Shown here: positions 58,980-64,000 of the stretch, piece by piece | How the letters are laid out: every line of letters starts with the position of its first letter | How positions within the stretch are numbered: position 1 is the stretch's first letter | Assembly (NCBI GenBank): GCA_021735685.1 | Contig: JAIPGN010000003.1 | Coordinates: 1,269-65,268, forward strand | Direction: 5' to 3' | Source of the DNA: Patescibacteria group bacterium | Lineage (GTDB): Bacteria > Patescibacteriota > Patescibacteriia > UBA2591 > UBA6264 | Length of the DNA: 64,000 nt | Notes under the pieces: model-generated | What the model was told of the DNA's origin: nothing | Seen by the model: only the letters and a program-made list of their open reading frames with translations | Database searches by the model: none | Made by a program: the position numbers and the translations under genes

Positions 58980-60737
58980 CTACTCGCGTGACACTCTTAA
59001 GACCTCCTCTACCGTAGTCTCTCCCTTGAGAGCCTTAATATAACCATCGCGCACCATTTTTATCATATTCTGACGCTCTAACTCTTTTTCTGCATTTTCT
59101 TCATTAGCTCCCTTTTCCACAATATTTTTCATTTGATCAGTCATATCTAATGCTTCGAAAACAGCTAAACGTCCTTTATATCCCTCTTGATTACAACGAG
59201 AACAGCCCCTTCCTCGATAAAATTTTAAGTGACCAGTATTGGAATCACGATAATCTTCTAAGTTAAAATTTTTGATTTCTTTTGCCTGTAACGATTTTTC
59301 AATTGATTTTTCCACAGCATCACTTAATTTTATTTCTTCCCGACAATGAGGACAAATTTTTCGCACCAATCTTTGAGCTACTACCGTATTTAAAGAAGAA
59401 GAAATTAAAAATGGAGCTACATTCATATCCATTAAACGCGGAACAGCTCCAAAAGAATCATTAGCGTGCAAAGTAGAAAGAACGATATGCCCGGTTAGAG
59501 CTGCATGCACAGCTAACTCAGCAGTTTCATCGTCTCTAATTTCTCCCACCATGATCACGTCTGGATCTTGACGAACAATTGATCTTAAACCAGAGGCAAA
59601 GGAATAACCAACGTCCGGGCGTACCTGAGACTGGTTAATTCCTTCCAAAACATATTCAATCGGATCTTCTAAAGAGACTATATTAACCGTTGACTGATTT
59701 AATATTTTCAATAAAGCATACAGGGTGGTGGTTTTACCCGATCCAGTTGGGCCAGTAACCAAAATCATGCCATGCGGTTTGGATAAGTTATTTTTAACTA
59801 CATCTAAGCCTTGTCCCCAGAATCCCAAATCCTGCAAGGTAAAAATTCTTCGTGTAGGATCCAAAACTCGCATTACTGCCTTTTCATTATCCAAAAGCGG
59901 CATTACGGAAACCCGTAAATCAATTTGACGATCAGAGATCACTATCCTAATTCTTCCTCCCTGTGGCACTCTGGTTTCGTCTAATTTTAAATTAGACATT
60001 ACTTTAATTCGAGAAATAATAGCAGAATGCAAATATCCCGGCAGCATGGCCGTTTCTCTCAAAACTCCATCTACTCGATAACGAACTCGACTCTTGTTAG
60101 TAAAAGGCTCAATGTGAATATCAGAAACTTGATTATCTACCGCATATTTCAAAATAGACCCCACTAACTTAGCAATAGGGGCAGTTTTACTAATATCTCC
60201 TACTCCTAAATCATTGATTCCTTTACTCTTATCTAAAGTGGGTGCAAATCGGGACTCAGCTGAACCAACCGCCTCTTTTACTTCTACGTCTAATCCACTA
60301 TATTGAGCCAAGGCTTTTTCAAAAGCCGCTCTCGGAGCAACAAAATACTCAACCTGTAAACCCTTTTGGCGAGCTACAAAATTAACTGCCTCTCGAGCCC
60401 GAAAGTCACTAGGATCTAAAATAACCACTTTCAAAACTTTCTTCTCTTTGTCAAAAGGCAAAACGAAATAATTCTCAGCCACATCTTCAGGAATTATATT
60501 TAAAACCTTTTGATCAATTTCTAAACCATAAATATCAGCTATAGGCAAAGAATACAACTCCCCCTTGGCCTTAGCAATTTCTTCATCAGAAACAATTTCC
60601 TTTTTTTCCAAAAATTCATCAGGAGATAAATCATTTTTAGATTTTTCAACCTCCTTTAAAATCTTTTCATGCTGACTAGAAGATAATTTGCCTTTTTTTA
60701 ATAAAAAATTGACAATTTTGCTACTATCTTGAGACAT
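58980..60737 (-). CDS. pilB: type IV pilus assembly ATPase PilB (GspE family)
   Basis: T2SSE_N domain. GPTGSGKTTT. EDPIEY. VGEIRDDETA. TGHIVLSTLHAND. C-terminal tetra-Cys Zn finger. Confidence 0.9.
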   Translation of the reverse strand: MSQDSSKIVNFLLKKGKLSSSQHEKILKEVEKSKNDLSPDEFLEKKEIVSDEEIAKAKGELYSLPIADIYGLEIDQKVLNIIPEDVAENYFVLPFDKEKKVLKVVILDPSDFRAREAVNFVARQKGLQVEYFVAPRAAFEKALAQYSGLDVEVKEAVGSAESRFAPTLDKSKGINDLGVGDISKTAPIAKLVGSILKYAVDNQVSDIHIEPFTNKSRVRYRVDGVLRETAMLPGYLHSAIISRIKVMSNLKLDETRVPQGGRIRIVISDRQIDLRVSVMPLLDNEKAVMRVLDPTRRIFTLQDLGFWGQGLDVVKNNLSKPHGMILVTGPTGSGKTTTLYALLKILNQSTVNIVSLEDPIEYVLEGINQSQVRPDVGYSFASGLRSIVRQDPDVIMVGEIRDDETAELAVHAALTGHIVLSTLHANDSFGAVPRLMDMNVAPFLISSSLNTVVAQRLVRKICPHCREEIKLSDAVEKSIEKSLQAKEIKNFNLEDYRDSNTGHLKFYRGRGCSRCNQEGYKGRLAVFEALDMTDQMKNIVEKGANEENAEKELERQNMIKMVRDGYIKALKGETTVEEVLRVSRE

Positions 60738-60757
60738 ATAATTTTTTAAAATTAAAA

Positions 60758-61048
60758 CTAATCCTCGTCTTGATCTACAAAGGGCATAAAAGGATTAACT
60801 CTTCCAGTTTGATCTATGGTTATTTTCTGAAAAAAGGCCGAAGAATATTCCATTTCTTGAAAACGAGGATTATTAAGAATAATTTCTAATTTTTCTAAAC
60901 TAGGAATAGAGGCAGAAAGATAAGTTGGCCGAGCATCTTCATTTAAATTAACAGGAGTAGTGGGAACCCTTCCCAATAAAACATAAATAGTGACCCCTAA
61001 GGCCAGAAAAAAAAGAAAAAACAAAATGTACCTTTTCTTACTTTTCAT
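60758..61048 (-). CDS. hypothetical small bitopic protein (PilP-like position)
   Basis: 96 aa with a single TM. No pilin class-III signal. Confidence 0.25.
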   Translation of the reverse strand: MKSKKRYILFFLFFLALGVTIYVLLGRVPTTPVNLNEDARPTYLSASIPSLEKLEIILNNPRFQEMEYSSAFFQKITIDQTGRVNPFMPFVDQDED

Positions 61049-61610
61049 AATTATTTTCCAGATAATAAGTTTTTATTTTTAGATTAAGAGCATTGCCAAC
61101 ATTTTGAAAACTTAATTCCACAATATCCATTACTCTAATATTTTTTTCTATTTTCTGAATAAAGTTTTTTACTTTTTGATAGGTTCCTTGCTTAAAGCCA
61201 AAATCCATCATCACTACTCCTGGTTCCGTAAAATTAAAACCAAAATTGGTTAACTCCATATTAGATTGTTTGCTTAAGGCACTAATGTGGTTAAGGATGG
61301 AAGGAACGTCAATCTTGTCTGCCAAAACATAATCTAGTTTACTCAATTCTTCTAAATCAATTTTATCAATTTTATCTTGCAAGCTTTGTAATTTTCCTAA
61401 ATAAATTTTTTGTTCCTCAATAATGCTTCGGTAATAAGCAACGTCTAGGGGACCCTGATTTTTAGTTTTTTCTATTTGCGGCTGAAAAAATGTAAAATAA
61501 TTAATGCTGGCCAAAACCAAGAAAAAAATAATTACTATTGGCCAAGAAAACTTAACTAAAATTAAACGATACCACTTAGTTTGTGCTCTTTTTTCTTTTA
61601 TTTTTGCCAT
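61038..61610 (-). CDS. PilO-like inner-membrane pilus assembly protein
   Basis: TM, coiled coil, then an alpha/beta domain. Gene order follows pilN. Confidence 0.4.
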   Translation of the reverse strand: MAKIKEKRAQTKWYRLILVKFSWPIVIIFFLVLASINYFTFFQPQIEKTKNQGPLDVAYYRSIIEEQKIYLGKLQSLQDKIDKIDLEELSKLDYVLADKIDVPSILNHISALSKQSNMELTNFGFNFTEPGVVMMDFGFKQGTYQKVKNFIQKIEKNIRVMDIVELSFQNVGNALNLKIKTYYLENNYEK

Positions 61611-62674
61611 ATATCTTCAAATAAAGTTATTTCCAAAAGGGCTTGGACTCCATCTCCTTCGCCATTTTTCTGAACACCAGATACTTCAATTTTTTCTACA
61701 AAATCATCAGCTTCTCGAAAGGCAACGATTTGACGAGCCAAGGAAATCAAATCTTTGGCTTGGGCATTTAAACGCACTGGCTCTTGAGCCTGAGCAGTAA
61801 AATCACCAAAATAAACATCAGGCAATGTATATTTTTCTAAAAAATCAAAAAAGTTTCTCCAATAAATATGCTGATCCAGAGCTCTTTGTACTTCCTCTGC
61901 TTTATTATTTAACTTAATCACCGCATTTCTCTGTTCTAAGAAATCTCTACTTTGAACCTCCAAAAGAGAAATTTCTCGTTTAATGTTCTCCACCTCTGCC
62001 GCCCTTTTATCAAAATATAAACCACCATAAAGACGAGTTAAAATAAATAAAACGGAAATAATTACAATTGATAAAATTAAAAATATTAAACGAGAGCGAA
62101 CTACGCGAGAAATAATCATAGTTTCTTCTGGCATCAAACTCACTCCCAACCCTTGAGAAGCTCCTTTTCCTTTTTCCTTTCTTTCCTTTTCCCCTTTTCC
62201 CTTTCTCTTTTTTCTCTCCTTGCTTTTCCCCTCTTCTTTTTTCTGAAAAGTAAATTGGGGAACTTCTTGTTTTTCTTCCTGTTTTTCTTCCTTAAAAGCA
62301 ACCTGAGCAAATTCCTCTTTTTTACTTCCCTCTTCTTCTTTCTTCTCATCTTTCTTTTCTTCCGGAGTAGTTTGAATAACTTCCCCTTTTTTGTCTTTCT
62401 CTTCTGCTTTGCTTTGCTCCTTAAAGCTTTGTTTTGTTGATAAAATTGACTCTGGACCTTCAGCTTTCTTCTCTTCTTTCTTTTTTTTCTTAAAAATAAA
62501 ATCCCGAAGCTTTTGTAAAAAAGCTGGGGACTTTTTCTTAGAAGGAGCTTCGGAGACCGGCTTAGTCATAAGAAAATCTTTTTTGCCGATTTTTTTCTCT
62601 CTTTCTTTTTTTTCTTTATTAAAATCTTGCCCTTCTTCCTCTTTTTTCATTTCATCTGGCAATAAATTGACCAT
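61598..62674 (-). CDS. pilN: PilN-like protein with a long K/E-rich cytoplasmic insertion
   Basis: N-terminal MVNLLP (the PilM-binding INLLP motif). About 180 aa of K/E-rich low complexity. TM (LIFLILSIVIISVLFIL), then a periplasmic domain. Confidence 0.5.
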   Translation of the reverse strand: MVNLLPDEMKKEEEGQDFNKEKKEREKKIGKKDFLMTKPVSEAPSKKKSPAFLQKLRDFIFKKKKKEEKKAEGPESILSTKQSFKEQSKAEEKDKKGEVIQTTPEEKKDEKKEEEGSKKEEFAQVAFKEEKQEEKQEVPQFTFQKKEEGKSKERKKRKGKGEKERKEKGKGASQGLGVSLMPEETMIISRVVRSRLIFLILSIVIISVLFILTRLYGGLYFDKRAAEVENIKREISLLEVQSRDFLEQRNAVIKLNNKAEEVQRALDQHIYWRNFFDFLEKYTLPDVYFGDFTAQAQEPVRLNAQAKDLISLARQIVAFREADDFVEKIEVSGVQKNGEGDGVQALLEITLFEDIWQK

Positions 62675-62698
62675 AGATCAAGATTAAATAATAAAAAC

Positions 62699-63742
62699 TT
62701 ATTTTATTCCCCTTAAACCCAAACCAACAGCTACGGCAAAACGAGGAGCCACTTCATCCAAGGCTGGCTTTAGTTCTTGGGGATAAGAAATGCGAGCCCA
62801 GGGATCTCCAATCAAAACTTTGATATTTAAAGATTTAGAAAAATATTCAGCTAACTGAGGTAGATAAGCCGATCCTCCAGATAAAATAACTTGTTCAATG
62901 GTTCGTCCCGATTGCTCTTGATATAACCGACGAGAATAATTCATCTCATCCACTACTGGCTTTAAAATGCCCTTAATTAACTCGGGAATCTTAGAAGAAC
63001 CAGACATTCCAATATCTCTTTTGAACTGCTCGGCTCGATTAAAATTAATATTTAAACCATTAGCAATGGCTCGAGTAATAGTGATTCCTCCCACGTCAAT
63101 ACTTCTGTTTAAAGAAGGAACTCCTTTCTCAATAACAATAATATCTGTCGTAACCGCACTGGTATCAATAATCATGGTCGTGGCCTGACTTTTTCCCAAC
63201 AATGATCGCGTTAAGGCAAAAGCTTCAGTCTCCAGAGACAAAAGCTGTAAATCTGCTTTTTTAAAAATCTCGACATAGCGATGTACTAAATTTTTAGCTG
63301 CAGCAGTTAAAAGAATACGATAATTTTTCTTCTTCTTGTCAATTTCTATCTCATCAATAATCCGCCAATCTAAAATCACGTCTTCAATGGGCAAAGGAAC
63401 GAATTTTTTCGCCTCCCAACGAATGGCCGAGCCTAACTCCTTTTTATTCATTACCGGCAAAGTAATAACTGAATTAAAAACTGAAAAATTGGGCAAAGCT
63501 GTAACTGCTTTATAAGTGCTGATTTCACATTTAGCATAAAGTTTTTTCAAAAGACCAGCAACTTTGTCTAAAATAATTTTAGAATCATCTTTAGCAATAC
63601 TAGCCACATCTCTTTCTGCATAACCATAAGTAACTAAGCGCGGTACTCCTTTTTCAACCGCAATCTCCACTAACTTTAAGCTAGTAGTGCCCAAATCAAT
63701 TCCTAAAAAATTGTCTTTCTTGCCTAGTCCCAAGATCGCCAT
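62699..63742 (-). CDS. pilM: type IV pilus assembly protein PilM (actin-like ATPase fold)
   Basis: GIDLGTTSLKLVEI N-terminus with an FtsA/PilM architecture. Confidence 0.8.
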   Translation of the reverse strand: MAILGLGKKDNFLGIDLGTTSLKLVEIAVEKGVPRLVTYGYAERDVASIAKDDSKIILDKVAGLLKKLYAKCEISTYKAVTALPNFSVFNSVITLPVMNKKELGSAIRWEAKKFVPLPIEDVILDWRIIDEIEIDKKKKNYRILLTAAAKNLVHRYVEIFKKADLQLLSLETEAFALTRSLLGKSQATTMIIDTSAVTTDIIVIEKGVPSLNRSIDVGGITITRAIANGLNINFNRAEQFKRDIGMSGSSKIPELIKGILKPVVDEMNYSRRLYQEQSGRTIEQVILSGGSAYLPQLAEYFSKSLNIKVLIGDPWARISYPQELKPALDEVAPRFAVAVGLGLRGIK

Positions 63743-63886
63743 ATTCTCAAAAATATTAAAATATCTGGGCCCCTTTCTCTCTACGAAAACAGATGACGCC
63801 CTTTTCTTTTTAGGTTATAATTATTAACATTATACAATAAAAGACGATTTTCAACAACAACCAATGTGGATAAATAAATTAAAATC

Positions 63887-64000
63887 TGATTTTTTAAACA
63901 TAATCTCCCCACAGAAATGCTTGGGTTGCCAAAAACCCGGAAAATTAATATGTGAATCTTGCTCTAAAAAAATTTTCAAACTAAGTCGATCCCCTCTTCT
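63887..64000 (+). CDS. possible 5' end of a plus-strand gene encoding a zinc-ribbon N-terminus (ComFC-like?), start codon unclear
   Basis: The open frame to the window end reads ...KCLGCQKPGKLICESCSKKIFKLSRSPL (CxxC-N7-CxxC). The only ATG (63897) is in the adjacent frame and stops after 12 codons. Confidence 0.2.

Noticed and set aside
62140-62687. F/L-rich plus-strand ORFs (95 and 98 aa) and a K/R-rich minus-strand ORF (69 aa)
   Set aside because: Alternative-frame and antisense readings of the AAG/GAA low-complexity tract inside pilN.

Overview
The window is AT-rich and very gene-dense (about 85-90% coding), and looks like a small-genome Patescibacteria/CPR-type bacterium. Read with the standard genetic code, GroEL, GyrB, PheT and FtsI are full-length ORFs, so UGA is probably not recoded. 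Most genes lie on the minus strand in long co-directional, often overlapping runs. Content by position: a 5'-partial dnaX (1-222), then a membrane-anchored TraG/VirD4/DUF87-like P-loop ATPase. A plus-strand block follows (glyA-folD-secG-solute-binding protein-tRNA-Leu-trpS) and then an Elp3-type radical-SAM/GNAT enzyme. Next is a dcw fragment (mraZ-rsmH-ftsL-ftsI-murF), preceded by a 10-bp-phased GTGG/DnaA-box array. A roughly 10 kb minus-strand operon mixes base-excision/recombination genes (mutM, xth, rmuC) with glycosyltransferases (GT4 and a large GT-C-like membrane protein), an acetate-kinase-family gene and an amino-acid permease. Upstream are hsp20, an MBL hydrolase, a GT2, PduL, a PfkB kinase and pheST, then groESL with a CIRCE-like operator and promoter. 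The translation/transcription core is present: def, rplM, rplQ-rpoA-rpsD-rpsK-rpsM-rpmJ-infA, murB, corA, cysS, rplA-rplK-nusG-secE and gyrB. There are six tRNAs (Glu-CUC, Leu-CAG, Thr-CGU, Gly-CCC, Pro-CGG, Val-CAC). A type IV pilus/competence-like cluster (pilM-pilN-pilO-x-pilB-pilT-like-pilC) sits at the 3' end. I saw no rRNA, CRISPR array, transposase, integrase or reverse transcriptase. The least-explained signals are: (i) a multi-hairpin intergenic element present in two copies; (ii) three 10-bp-phased GTGG repeats, two of them perfect DnaA boxes, plus a third inverted box, upstream of mraZ; (iii) a PilT paralogue with every catalytic motif substituted, next to an intact PilB; (iv) RpoA whose alpha-CTD is replaced by a histone-H1-like K/A-rich tail; (v) PilN with a ~180-aa K/E-rich insertion. 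All product calls rest on motif recognition by eye; no searches were run.
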